Source of the DNA: Eledone cirrhosa
Taxonomy: Eukaryota
DNA: 64,000 bases
Assembly (NCBI GenBank): GCA_964016885.1
Contig: OZ024741.1
Span: 177,444,001-177,508,000 of the forward strand
Direction: 5' to 3'
In this document: positions 11,171 through 24,026 of the stretch, piece after piece
Position numbering within the stretch: the stretch's first letter is position 1
How the letters are laid out: the number at the start of each line of letters is the position of its first letter
Program-made: the position numbers and the translations under genes
Notes under the pieces: generated by a model
Told to the model about the DNA's origin: nothing
The model's input: only the letters and a program-made list of their open reading frames with translations
Databases searched by the model: none

Positions 11171-14100
11171 CCTTGAATCTCAGTCATTGATGTTGGTTAA
11201 CTGGAAAGTCCGTTGGAATGAATATCAAGCCACTACCTGCAGCCTCAGATAATCAGGACGTATCGGAGGGTTCTTGCTGTTCCAAGCAAGCATGCATTTT
11301 GAAGCGTTCCAAAAAGCGTGAAGGGGCCAATTTTCTTTAACCATCCCTGGAAACTTTTGGAGATAGTCCCCAGTGTGCCTATGACAATCGGGATCACTTT
11401 GACTTCATGGCAGTTCCAAATCCTTTTCACCTCCCACTTTAGGTCCTGGTATCGGTTAATTTTCTCCCTCTCCTTCTCTTGCACTCTCGTGTCGAACGGG
11501 CAGGCCACATCCACAATCAGACACGATCTTTTTTCTTTGTCCACAACCACCAGGTCAGGTCTATTGTGTTCCAGTTTTTTGTCCGTCTGTATCCTAAATT
11601 CCCACATCACCTTCACCTGATTGTTCTCCATCACCGCCTCCGGCCTATGCTCATACCATTTCTCAGAATGTGGTAAATTGTTTACTTTGCACAGGTGCCA
11701 GTGGATCACCCAGCCCATCACATCGTGTCTCCAGCCCTTATAGTGGGTCTGGGCTAGGTGTTTACACTCGGACACAATGTGAGCCACAGTCTCCTCTCTC
11801 TCTCCACAGATCCTGCACAGTGGGCTAGCCTCCTCCTTGTAAATATGGTGCTTCAACCACTTCGTTTTGAGGGCCTGCTCCTGCGCAGCCATTATCATTC
11901 CTTCTGTAGCCTTTTTGAGGTCTCCTCTTCTCAACCAGTTCCATGTCTGTGGATCTCTAAATTCAGTTTTCTCAAAGAAGGTACTATGAAGGGATTTTCC
12001 CTTAAGGCTGCTCTTCCTCCTTGATGTTATTTCCTCCTTGGACATCCCCTGGCCTACTGTCCCCTCCTTCAGTACAGCTTTGAGCATTGGCTCCTTACTA
12101 TAGGTCACGTATTTGTATAGGTTGTTTTTCTCCATCTGAACACAGTCCTCTATGCTGATAAGACCTCTTCTACCCTCAGATCTCCTTAGGGAGAGTCTAT
12201 CGACATCACTCCTCTTGTGGAACATGTTGTAGATAGTCAATTACTTCCTAGTCTTCCTATCCATTTCTTTTTGTTCAGCAACATTCCATCTCAGAATTCC
12301 CGCACTGTACCTAATAATAGACACAGCTCGGGAATTTACTGCGCTTATGGCATTTCTGCTGTTCAGATGTGACTTCAATACGCTCCTTACTCTCCGAATG
12401 TATTCAGTTCTTAACAATTCCTTCATTTTTTTGTTCTTTATGCCATCAGCTTCCAGAACGCCCAAATACTTGTATCCTTCCTCAGAGTCAATTTCCTTTA
12501 TCATCTCACCTGTTGGTATCTGGATCCCGCTACTTCTGCTCAACCTACCCCTCCTCATCACAATGACTCCACATTTACCAATACCAAACTGCATACATAT
12601 ATCACTGCTGAAAATACGGACAGTGTCAACAAGCACATCCAACGCCTTCTCACTTTTCCCGAAGAGCTTAAGATCGTCCATGAAGAGGAGGTGATTGATG
12701 GTAAGCTCTCCCCTTCCCAACTTGTATCCTGCTCTCACTTTTCGCAGCATAATGGTCAAGGGCATTAGGGCAAGGACAAACAACAGAGGGGACAGGCTAT
12801 CTCCCTGGATCATACCTCTCTTGATCTTCACGCTTCCCAAGGATACTCCAGTTGATGTCAACTCTGTCTCCCAGGACCCCATACTTCTGCCCAGCAACTG
12901 TCTGATGTTATCTGCCACCCTGAAGATCTCCAGGCTTTTGGTGATCCAAGAATGAGGCACCATGTCAAATGCCTTTCTGTAGTCTATCCATCCCATGGCA
13001 AGATCAGTGTGTCTCCTCCTGCAATTCCCCATTACCATCTTATCAATAAGTAACTGGTCCTTTGTAGCACGTGACTTCTTTCGGCATCCTTTCTGTTCGT
13101 CCGGTAACAAGTTGTTTGTGTGGAGGTGATGGTAGATTTCCTCAGACACAATGCTCGTCAACAGTTTCCACATTACGGACAGACATGTGATAGGTCTATA
13201 GTTGGTAACATCATTACCCTTGATTCGGTCTTTCATTATCAGAACTGTGGTACCTTTTGTCAACCACTCTGGCACCTCACCCGACACCAAGCAGTCATTG
13301 AACATGGCCGTCAGCTTCGGGTGGAGGGATGTTAAATGTTTAATCCAATACCCCTGCACACCATCTGGGCCTGGTGATTTCCAGTTGGTTAGTTTTTTGG
13401 CCTGCCCCTTAAGAGTTTCAACTGTGATACTCAAATCAGTTTGTTGTTGTGCCTGCTCACCGATCTCCCTCTGTACTGTCTCAATCCACCCTGCCTGGGC
13501 ATTATGTCTAACATCCTGCTCCCATATTCCTCTCCAGAATGTTTTAGTTTGTTCCGCCCCAGGGATCAAGTCGTTGCCTCTTTCTTTCCCCTCAAGCTGT
13601 CCAAACAGCATCTTCTGGTTGTTGTCGAACATGCGGTTCTGTTTATACTGACTGACTCTGTTCTCGTATCGCCTGATTTTTGCACTCTTTGCTACAATGC
13701 GTTGCTTCAATTCCTCTATGATAGTATTTAGCTTTTTACTCCTAGTTTTGTATTTTATTTCCAGTCTATTTTTAGTGCCTATGTTTTGTAGTGTCCCATT
13801 CAGTAGTGACTCAAGCTTTCCTATGTCATTTCTCATTTCCTCGATTTGCCCACTCAGTCGCTTCTTCCACCACGGCTCTGCTCTTTCTTGTCTGTTGTTT
13901 CCTCTCGCTTTTATACCAAGTAGTTTCCTCACCGTATTTGCTGTTGCTTTGAGGATATTGTTGCACTGGTGAAGACTCCTCGCCTCAAGGTATGGGATGA
14001 CTTTGTTTACCTTAGCTGTTGTTTCTTTTAACTTTTTCCTGTCTACAAATCTTAGGTTCATAGGTCTCCCACTATCATTGTTCAACTCATCTACCACTAA

Positions 14101-15060
14101 ATTTAGGATGTCAACCGAATCTTGTCCTAGCCCGTCAGCATTCATCTCCTCAGTGGCCGTATCTCTTTTCCAGGTATTATTTATCTCAGTATTCAGATCA
14201 TTGTCTGCTTCGGGTGGTTCCTCCGTTCTCAGGACCTCCTCACCTTCATTTCCCGCCGGCTCGCTTGTCTGGCATACTACACCCGCCATCTCCAAGCCAT
14301 TCTCTCTGCTCAGTTCCTCCAGTTCCAGCTCGCTTATCCACCCATTAGTTCTTATTACCCGAGCCTGCCCGGCCAATTTTTGTTCATCTAATTTAAATAA
14401 ACCAATCTCGTTCCAGATGTTATGCATCCGTCTCCTGTAGCCCCTCTCCTTGGGGTTACTTTTCAGGTAGCATTGCATAACAGTTCTATTCAATTCTTTC
14501 GTCCAGTTGGTTCTGGCCCCTTTCCTTCTTCCTCTTCCTCCAACATCAGCAGTATTTGGTTGACAGTCAGGTTCCTGCTGCTGAGCCAGGGGGCACCTGT
14601 TGGGTGAGAGTCTGTCACATGACGTTCTAGTCTCCATTTCACCGTTATTCGAACTGTTTATGTTCGATATTTAAACACTCTTATCGAGGATTGGCGAATG
14701 TATGTTTACATAGCCATCTGTGGATCCGCCATCCCACTTGGCCCTTGTGTGGCATTATCACCACGCTGTATACGGACACACATAAACAAACAAACACACG
14801 GGCAGAAAGGGCCCCAAAAATGAATAAGCATAAGTTTCATTGTAATGTAGTATTCGAATGTCTGACTTAGTTTTTGTTTTTTAAGTTTTACTTTTTCCCC
14901 CCTCTTCTCTGTCCGTCCGCCTGCTTCTCTCTTCATTCTTATTTTCTTTACGTTTTTGGGGTGTCTTTTTTTGTTTTTGTTTTTCTCTGTTTGTTTTTCT
15001 CGTTTTTTGCTGTTGTTGCTGTGCTGCTTTTGTTGTTTGTTTTTTCTTTTTTCTTTTGAG
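11171..15060 (-). mobile_element. Near full-length R4/Dong-clade LINE
   Basis: Single RT+RLE ORF, 3' UTR shared with the 4641 and 16115 copies, (TAA)n at 11108-11161. The 5' boundary is approximate. Confidence 0.93.
11245..14637 (-). pseudogene. R4/Dong-type RT-RLE ORF (~1130 codons) with one in-frame TAA at 12241-12243
   Basis: The 798-aa and 331-aa ORFs are contiguous and in one frame; RT motifs QGDSLSPLLF, FMDDLK; CCHC, RHD and PD..D endonuclease motifs. Confidence 0.92.
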
Positions 15061-15210
15061 TCTATCTATATATTTTGATGCCTTCCTCTTTGTTAGTAGT
15101 AGGAATTCTATAATGTGGAAGTGGCAGCCAGCAGAGACTGGCGGCGTTGGCGATACTGAGACAGTGGTGGTGGTGATGTCGATACCGAGGCAGTGGTGGC
15201 GGTGATGCGA

Positions 15211-15850
15211 CCGTATTACTGTAGTGATGGTGCTGTAGCGGTGGCAGCAGCAGTGAAGGAGTCAAGGGGTGGTGGCGGCGGTGATGGGATAGTGGTGGTA
15301 ATGATGGCCGTAGTGAGCGGTGGCGGTGAAGGTGAAAATGCTGTTGTGTTTAGTGTACACAGATGATGGGGTGGGTGGTGTATCTAGTTTCTGGTGTTGG
15401 TGAGTTTCGCTGTCCTATATAGTGTAGCCAGAGGAGAGGAGGGGGGGTTCTTCTTCTTCCATTTATAGCCATTTTATTTTTTTTTGGATATACAGTGTAC
15501 AATACAAAGTTGAATATTTGAATATTTGAGCCGTATTACTGTAGTGATGGTGCTGTAGCGGTGGCAGCAGCAGTGAAGGAGTCAAGGGGTGGTGGCGGCG
15601 GTGATGGGATAGTGGTGGTAATGATGGCCGTAGTGAGCGGTGGCGGTGAAGGTGAAAATGCTGTTGTGTTTAGTGTACACAGATGATGGGGTGGGTGGTG
15701 TATCTAGTTTCTGGTGTTGGTGAGTTTAGCTGTCCTATATAGTGTAGCCAGAGGAGAGGAGGGGGGGGGGGTTCTTCTTCTTCCATTTATAGCCATTTTT
15801 TTTGGATATACAGTGTACAATACAAAGTTGAATATTTGAATATTTGAGCC
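15211..15850. repeat. Tandem duplication of a ~320-bp GT-rich unit; diverged homologue at ~10625-11100
   Basis: ccgtattactgtagtgatggtgctgtagcg... starts at both 15211 and 15531. Confidence 0.92.
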
Positions 15851-16062
15851 TTATAACAATATATTTTGGGTCCGAATTTTTTTGGGGCTCAAGCCGGGTG
15901 CTTTACGTAGCATTTGTACTAAGAGTTGTTATTTCACAAATGATTTAAATATGTTAAAAATTCAAAACTTACGGGAGCGATTTCATGACCTCCGTCACCT
16001 CGTGCGTCTTCTTCCCTTTATTCCGTGCGTCTTCTTCCCTTTATTCCGTGCGTCTTCTTCCC

Positions 16063-16105
<43 letters not shown>

Positions 16106-16114
16106 TTATTATTA

Positions 16115-17215
16115 TTGTTCTTTGAGTCTCAGTCATTGATGTTAGTTAACTGCAAAGTTTGTTGAAATGAATATCAAGCCACTACCTGCAGCCTCAGATA
16201 TTCAGGACGTATCGGAGGGTTCTTGCTGTTCCCAGCAAGCATGCCTTTTGAAGTGTTCCAAAAAGCGTCGCGGGGCTAATTTTCTTTAACCAACCCTGGA
16301 AACTTTTTGACATATTACCCAGTGCGCCTATGACAATCGGGACCACTTTGACTTCATGGCAGTTCCAAATACTTTTTACCTCCCACTGTAAGTCCTGGTA
16401 TCGGTTAATTTTATCCCTCTCCTTCTCTTGCACTCTCGTGTTGAATGGGCAGGCCACATCCACAATCAGGTACGATCTTTTTTCCTTGTCCAAAACCACC
16501 AGGTCAGGTATATTGTGTTCCAGTTTCTTGTCCGTCTGTATCTTAAAATCCTACAGCCACTTCACCTGATCGTTTTCTATCACCGACTCTGGCTTATGCT
16601 CATACCACTTCTCAGAATGTGGTAAATTTTTTACTTTGCATAGGTGACTGTGGATAACCCTGCCCATCACATCATGTCTCCAGCCTTTATAGTGAGTCTG
16701 GGCTAGGTGTTTACACTCGGATACAATGTGAGCCAGAGTTTCCTCTCTTTCTCCACAGATCCTGCACAGTCGGCTAGCTTCCTCCTTGTAAATATGGTGT
16801 TTCAAGCACTTCGTTTTGAGGGCATGCTCTTGCGCAGCCATTAGCATTCCTTCCGTAGCCTTTTTTAATGTCTCCTCTTTTCAACCATGTCTGTGGATCT
16901 CTAAATTCAGTTTTCTAAAAGAAGGTACTATGAAGGGATTTTTCATGAAGGCTGCTCTTTCTCCTTGTTGTTATTTCCTCCTTGGACATCCCCTGATCTA
17001 TTGTCCTCTCCTTCAGTACAATTCTGAGCATTGGCTCCTTACTATCAGTCACGTATTTGTGTAGGTTGTTTTTCTCCATCTGAACACAGTCCTCTATGCT
17101 GATAAGACCTCTTCCACCTTCAGATCTCCTTAAGTAGAGTCTATCGACATCACTCCTCTTGTGGGGCATGTTGTAGATAGTCAATAGCTTCCTAGTCTTC
17201 CTATCCATTTCTTTT
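16115..17215 (-). mobile_element. 5'-truncated R4/Dong-clade LINE
   Basis: MDRKTRKLL...CRICGE..RHD..PD pieces, same family as 4641-6261; (TAA)n at 16064-16115 and 17218-17250. Confidence 0.92.
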
Positions 17216-17289
17216 TTGTTATTAGTTTTATTATTATTATTATTATTATTGGCGACCTACGTAGTAAATCGTATCATCGTGAGCTCTGC

Positions 17290-20080
17290 AACTGTTTTCT
17301 AATTTCAGTTGTTTAAAATTGCCATTTATGGAGCAGGATCGCCAGATTCTTCAGACGTCCAGCTCTTTAGTGTTAGTGGGTGACTGGAACGGTATCTTAG
17401 ATGCACGCTGGGGTTATGTTTGTGTTAGTAGACAGGGAAAGCCTCAACAACCTGCTCAGACGTTTTGAACTGTCGGAGAGGTATATACTGGATTATTCGA
17501 ATGTGACAATGTGGACATGGGCAAACCGCATCAGGTCATCCATATTGTATTTTGATAGGGTATTCTCTAGGGAAACAGATAAGGCGATCGTCAAAAACAG
17601 GTCGTGGTTTACCTTGAAAAGGGCTATTGGAGTAGAATCGATAAAGTTTAGCAAAGGAGTAGTGATAGAGGAAAATAGAGTAGAGGGAGAGCTAGTAAGA
17701 AAGCTAGAAGAGGCGTTTAGGACTGGCATGGCAACCGACGTGCTTGCGGCGAGATTGGCACTCGACCAATTCTTCAACGCAAGCATGAAGGATGCGTTGC
17801 CAGAACTAGAGCACGTGCTCTGAGACGCGAGGGGACGAAAGCCGTTCAAAGGGCCCGGTGGTGGAGGCGCGACGTGGCAACAAATCCACAATTCGGTCTT
17901 TGCCTGATCAAAAGGACCGCGTTTTGCTCGAATTTGAGAAGATGCGTGCGGCTTTTCAACAGCACTCTGCTCAATTACTAGGGAGCGGCGGCAGGCCGGA
18001 TCGGAGTATGGACTTCGGTGCTTACCTCGATGGTCTGCCGCGGCTCTCCACGACTGTAGCGCAGTGCAGGTGAAATACGGGAAACTATGTCTGACTGCAT
18101 GAGGGGTAAGTCGCCAGGTTTGGATGGTCCACCCTACGAGCTTTATGCGTTCATGCCAGACGTGTTCGGCGACTTCATGACAGATGTGTACTGCAAGCGG
18201 CAGCAGAACAGGAGCATCCAAGTTTTGGGAGCCGGGGAGCGGTGACGCTGCTGTGAAAAGACCTGAACAAAGGGGACGTTATCGACAATTTCAAGCCCAT
18301 AACTCTGAGTTCAGGATTTGGGCCAAGGTGTTAGCAAAGAGATTGGCGCTAGTCTTCGGTGGTCTGGTGGGAGAGGCGCAGACATGCGCCATTCCGGACA
18401 GATCAATCCACAACAACCACCATCTAATGCAATACATCATACGGAGGGTGGTTAAGGAACCTGGCTCGGGTGGCACCCTGATCAACTTGGATCAGTCTAA
18501 AGCATTTGATAGGGTCGAACATCATTACCTGGCTGCGGTGGTCGTGGCGACCGGCTTCGGGCCCGTTTTTAGGGGTTGGATGGCTGCGATGCACATCGAC
18601 ATCTGCTGGATTGTGAGGGTGGATGGTCACCTGTCGGAGCCGTTCAGCATCCTGCGCTCGGTCGACTAGGGTTGTCACCTCTCGTCATTCTTGTACGTAC
18701 TGGCCCTCGAACCGTTACTGCACAAATTAGAGACGATGCGGGGGATCCCACGCGAAATGGGATGCGGGATATCCGTGTCAGCTTACGCCGACGACGTCAT
18801 CGTTCAGAGGCTGGGCACCGCTCTCATGGAATACCAGGCGGTGACAGGAGCAAAGATAAACCAGGAAAAGTCGGTGGGCTTGCAACTCGACACCTGGAGA
18901 GGCAAGTCCATGCCGTTTGACAGCGACGTGGGGCGCTGGGCGGACGGACTGGTTAAATAGCTCGGGGTCTTGTTCGGTCCGGACCTCCAGATGGGGAACG
19001 ATAGGTGCGAAGTGACGAGCCTGGTGGCCAATCTCACCCAGAATTGGGCCGAGAGGAGGCTGTCGCTGAGAGGACGGGTGGAGGTGGCGAATGCGTAATC
19101 GCGTCCGTCATCTGCTACCGGCGGCTGCCCGTCGTACGTTACCCCGCCCAACTGTGACCAAAATGGAACGCCTTCTTTACCAGCTGGGCACAAATATCGG
19201 TGGAACATCCACCTCGGCGTTCTATAGAGGACTAGTGGAGGGGTAGAGTGACAACGTTCTCGGGGAGATCATGGGCGTGGAAGACGATCAGCTGTTCGCC
19301 CTCTTCAAGAGAACTTTCTGCCCGGGGCCTATGGAGAACTTTCAGAATTCCCTGGCCTGGCAGTACTACCGGGGAGCGTTGCCTGTTCGGGATAATCTCT
19401 ACAGGCACGGAAGTGCTCTCAGCCGAACCTGTCCGAGATGCGCGCAGGGCAACGAAACCGTCCTGCACGCACTCCTTCAATGCCCGAGAATTGCTGACTT
19501 GTGGGCTATGTCGAACAGTTGCTGGCGCGTATAGGACGGATCTGGTTATTGACTGAGTCCATTGTGCAGATAGCTCCGCCTTCCTCCTTTAAAGAGGAGG
19601 AAGGGCAGGCAGTTTTTATATGCTTGGTGGCCATGGCGAAAGAGAGTGTGTTCTGGTCAAGGTTGAAAGGGTTGAATACGGACACTTTCCTCTCCGACGA
19701 ATCCCTGATTAACTTTTTCAAGTTTCATTTGAAGAGGAAAATCAGGGTGGAGAAGTAAGTGCTGTGTTCTAGTAAGTTTGTTGAAAGGTGGATGAAAGTG
19801 GCGAGTCTGGCCGAGTGAACGGGAACGCTCTGAGTCTGAGAGAGGACGCTTGCCCTGGTGGTCAGGGTGGACGTGGCCTTTTGTGTGGTTTTCGCCACGA
19901 GTGCTCTCGGAATTTTCCCCCTATTGGAGAATTTTTTGTTGTTTGAATTTTTTTTGTATTTCTATCTTTTTGTTATAACCTTTTTAAAACGGCCAAAAAA
20001 CACTTTGTATCGTCCTGTACCGTTCTCTGCCGTCTGTAATGTTTTTCTTAATGTTAGCCCTTGAGGCCAATAAAGAAACA
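17290..20080 (+). mobile_element. Degenerate L1/Tx1-clade LINE (ORF2 APE-RT remnants and 3' UTR)
   Basis: LVGDWNGILD, WTWAN, LDQSKAFDRVEH, AYADDV, WQYYRGALPV, CPRC pieces homologous to 26940-30377; ends gccAATAAAgaaac followed by (TTC)n(TTA)n. Confidence 0.88.
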
Positions 20081-20083
20081 ATT

Positions 20084-20100
20084 TTCTTCTTCTTCTTCTT

Positions 20101-20181
<81 letters not shown>
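20084..20181. repeat. (TTC)n-(TTA)n compound microsatellite
   Basis: Seen directly. Confidence 0.95.
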
Positions 20182-20182
<1 letters not shown>

Positions 20183-20267
20183 TACTACTCCTCCCTTCCT
20201 TCCCCCCTTCTTCTTTTTCTTCCCCTTCATCCTCCTCTTCTTCTTTGTTTTCTTATTATTATTGGTG

Positions 20268-20450
20268 GATTGGCAGTATCGGTAGAGGGTCGGACACCAT
20301 GCTTTACAGCATAGTTACGTCCCTTTACGATCTGAGTTCAAATCCCGCCGATGTTGACTTTGCCTTTCATCCTTACGGGGGTCGATAAAATAAAGTACCA
20401 GTAATGCACTGGGTAATTGCTGGCCTTGTGCCTAAAGTAGAAACAATTAT
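20268..20450 (+). mobile_element. tRNA-derived SINE
   Basis: A-box-like TGGCAGTATCGG, B-box GAGTTCAAATCCC, central gactttgcctttcatccttacggggtcgataaaataaagtaccag domain, short att tail; further copies at 53975 (-) and 60106 (+). Confidence 0.85.
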
Positions 20451-20474
20451 TAACATTATCATTCGCCCACTATT

Positions 20475-21255
20475 CTATCTAGCGGGTCCTGTCAGAATTT
20501 CTAATCGATACCGTCTCCATGTGATCCAGCTGGATGCCCAAGCGAAACCAGGCAAGCTCATGGATGTTATCCAACCCTCTTGATCGTGTTCTACGCCTTA
20601 ATCTCTTGCAGATTGGTTTTGCCCGTAAAATATGTCCAGCGATTCTTTCCTGAGGCTTTCTAATCACATGACAATATTATCGAAACTCTGATCTCTCAAT
20701 TCGGAGAAGTAGCGGTTCTTCCTGGAGTGACTCTCTGATTTCCGAGCTACGCACTCTATCGGAGGAATCCAATTTCAGCGTCTTGTATTCGCCATCACAT
20801 TTTTTTTCAGTCATAATCCATAGTTAAAAGATCGGTACGAATATTGAATGGAATATAGCAAGTTTGGCATTGACATCTAGCTCCCTTCTTTTGATTACCG
20901 AATGCTCGGGTTTGTTCATTGATGCTCCAGTTCTTGCAATTCTTACACTTAATTCAGCCTCCTGCCTTCCATCCCCCGTGAACACTGTCCCCAGATACAT
21001 GAACTGCTCCATCTGCTTCAGTGGAAATTCATTTACATGTAGAGTGCCCTGCGCATATTTCTTTGGATCCTTGCAGCACTGATTTTCATTTCAACTTTGA
21101 ATCACTCGGCATCAAACCTATCAAGTGCAAGTCGGAAAACACCGTCTGTCGAGTTAAGAAACACCATGTCATCTGCAAATTCAAGCTGTTATGATACCAC
21201 ATCCAACCCAGCTCCACATGTCAATCATGTTGATGAACATAATGAACAGGTTTGA
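20475..21255 (-). mobile_element. Degenerate RTE-like LINE fragment (RT C-terminus)
   Basis: FADD at ~21170-21180; EQFMYLG..FT.DG..EAELSVRIA...AKLAIFHSIFVP. Confidence 0.7.
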
Positions 21256-21729
21256 GGAAGTTCCAGATTCGTGACTAGCTCGAATAAGAGAGCCAACGCA
21301 GCAATATGGTAAGAGGAACGAAAAAGGGACCATACCGCATCGACCTTCGTTGTGGTATGGGACGTCTTCAAGCCTTAGGTAGTGAGGCCTGTTCGAGCAA
21401 TATATCGCCCACTCCAATCCGTGCAACAAAACTAGTGATGGATGTGTGGAGGGTGGGGAAGGGTGGTTGGGTGAACGCACAAAGATTTCGTCGCCCGAGT
21501 CCCGAAAGAGTTTTTCAGAAGGGAGCAAATCTTGACGCTTCCAGTTTTCGTATTTCAATTTGTTTTGGATTTTACTCCATACTTCAAGTAAATGTATTGT
21601 GTTCCCATTATCAGTGCTTTCTATTAGTACTGTTCTCGGTACATTAAACGTTGTTTGTAATATTTTGCAGCTCTACTGAAATCACTTTTGGATCAGTTTA
21701 AATTATCTTGGCAAAAGAAAGGACTCCTT

Positions 21730-22700
21730 TCACATTCTCTATCACATTCTCTATCACATTCTCTATCACATTCTCTATCACATTCTCTATCACATTCTCT
21801 ATCACATTATCTATCACATTATCTATCATATTCTCTATCACATTCTCTATCACATTCTCTATCACATTCTCTATCACATTCTCTATCACATTCTCTATCA
21901 CATTCTCTATCACATTCTCTATCACATTCTCTATCATATTCTCTATCACATTCTCTATCACATTCTCTATCACATTCTCTATCACATTCTCTATCATATT
22001 CTCTATCACATTCTCTATCACATTCTCTATCACATTCTCTATCACATTCTCTATCATATTCTCTATCACATTCTCTATCACATCCTCTATCACATTCCCG
22101 ATCACATTATCTATCACAATCTCTATCACATTCTCTATCACATTCTCTATCATATTCTCTATCACATTCTCTATCACATTCTCTATCACATTCTCTATCA
22201 CATTCTCTATCACATTCTCTATCACATTCTCTATCATATTCTCTATCACAATCTCTATCACATTCTCTATCACATTCTCTATCACATTCTCTATCACATT
22301 CTCTATCACATTCTCTATCACATTATCTATCACATTCTCTATCACATTCTCTATCATATTCTCTATCACATTCTCTATCACATTCTCTATCACATTCGCT
22401 ATCACATTCTCTATCATATTCTCTATCACATTCTCTATCACATTCTATATCACATTCTCTATCACATTATCTATCACAATCTCTATCACATTCTCAATCA
22501 CATTCTCTATCATATTCTCTATCACATTCTCTATCACATTCTCTATCACATTCTCTATCACATTTTCTATCATATTCTCTATCACATTCTCTATCACATT
22601 CTCTATCACATTCTCGATCACATTATCTATCACAATCTATATCACATTCTCTATCACATTCTCTATCACATTCTCTATCACATTCTCTATCACATTATCT
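21730..22700. repeat. 12-bp minisatellite (CACATTCTCTAT)n, ~80 units
   Basis: Seen directly, with recurring variant units (CATATTCTCTAT, CACATTATCTAT, CACAATCTCTAT). Confidence 0.97.
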
Positions 22701-24026
22701 ATCTATTCCCAAGCGTGTCTCATTTTCCGCTAGCTCATTATTGTAGAACACTCAAGTTTCGTCGTATTGAATGACATATTTAGCCCCAATCTTTTCATGT
22801 GTTGTTAATTAGATTGAGCAATTTTCAGTTTCAAATATCGTGCTATATCATCATCGTATAGAATCCAGTGAATAATATCAAGTTCACGTAAAAAAGTCCA
22901 TTGCTCCTCTGTTTTTATTTGAAAATATATATGGGATATTGAACTCAATATCAAGAGCAATTCTTGCAACTGTTACTACATAATGAAAGTAAAAATTGAA
23001 CCTGTTTCTGTTCAACTTCTTTAGAGCCAACAAGGACATCAACCGTCTCTTTGTGCGACTGATAGATGCTCCCGTACCTTCATATGATTTCTGCAAGATA
23101 GCAATCATTTTTGTAGCTCCTGTTTGCATTGAGAGAATAATGTAAACATAATTTTTATTTGGTGAGTGTTCATGTGCTACAGTCAAATCTATGTACAATG
23201 TAATTAATGTATCCCCATATTTCTCAGTAACATAATTAACAAATATACCTACAGCAGAGGAGTAATTTGGGTGAAGCACATTCTGTACTTCGCAAATTCT
23301 TTATCAAGTACATCAGATTTGAAAGGACTTCCATAATATATCTGAGAATACTAAAAGCCTCTCTTTCGATCTGCTCAGATCTCATTTCAGTCAGCTCTCT
23401 GTAGGCGGGCATCTTATAACCATTGCTAGTTGTCGATGATCATTATAGGTGATATTAGCCAGGTTAGGCAGAGCATCGTCTCACATACATAAATACTTAT
23501 GGCATCTTACTAACTAGATAAAACCATGTTATTTTGCTTCTGAACGTAGAATTCTTAATTTTCATTTGATGTTGTGGTCACCATGCAAGAAGCCTTTCGC
23601 CATTATCAATAGTTTCAACTCTGACTGAGTTATTACATCCAAGTTCTGTATTCCATGCACTGTACGACTAACTCATCAAGCATATATTTGTATTGAAATC
23701 ACCCAAGGTCTTTCTTAAGATCCGATCTTGAATTCGTCAAGGATCGGTAGAATAATTGTTTACATGACTCAGGTGCCATGTTTGAAGGTGAAATGCATTA
23801 CGTTAATGGTAACTGATGCCTCTATAAATTTACCTTTTAAATGTTTCTGGTCATTTCTATAAATCTACCTTTTAAATGTTTCTGGCGGTGGTTCCAATAT
23901 GAGAATTCGATGGACAAGCAGAATGTATATAATAAGGAACATTTACTTTTGAATCACTAGTCTGAAAAGAGATCAGTATTGGAGTCGGATTTGTAATTTA
24001 CATGGGTGACCTTGGATGCAACCTCT

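Noticed and set aside
12347-14440. Antisense ORFs over LINE coding regions (also 27-35 kb)
   Set aside because: Shadow ORFs opposite bona fide RT frames, with no independent motifs.
16001-16063. Three 21-22-bp repeats cgtgcgtcttcttccctttattc
   Set aside because: Short local slippage duplication with no spacers and no evident function.
20268-20350. tRNA gene
   Set aside because: A and B boxes are present, but there is no cloverleaf and it continues into a SINE body found in several copies.
21688-22746. 352/341/247-aa SHSL, ITFS and IENV ORFs, or a CRISPR-like array
   Set aside because: Pure 12-bp tandem repeat with no unique spacers and no cas genes; open frames are a by-product of the unit sequence.
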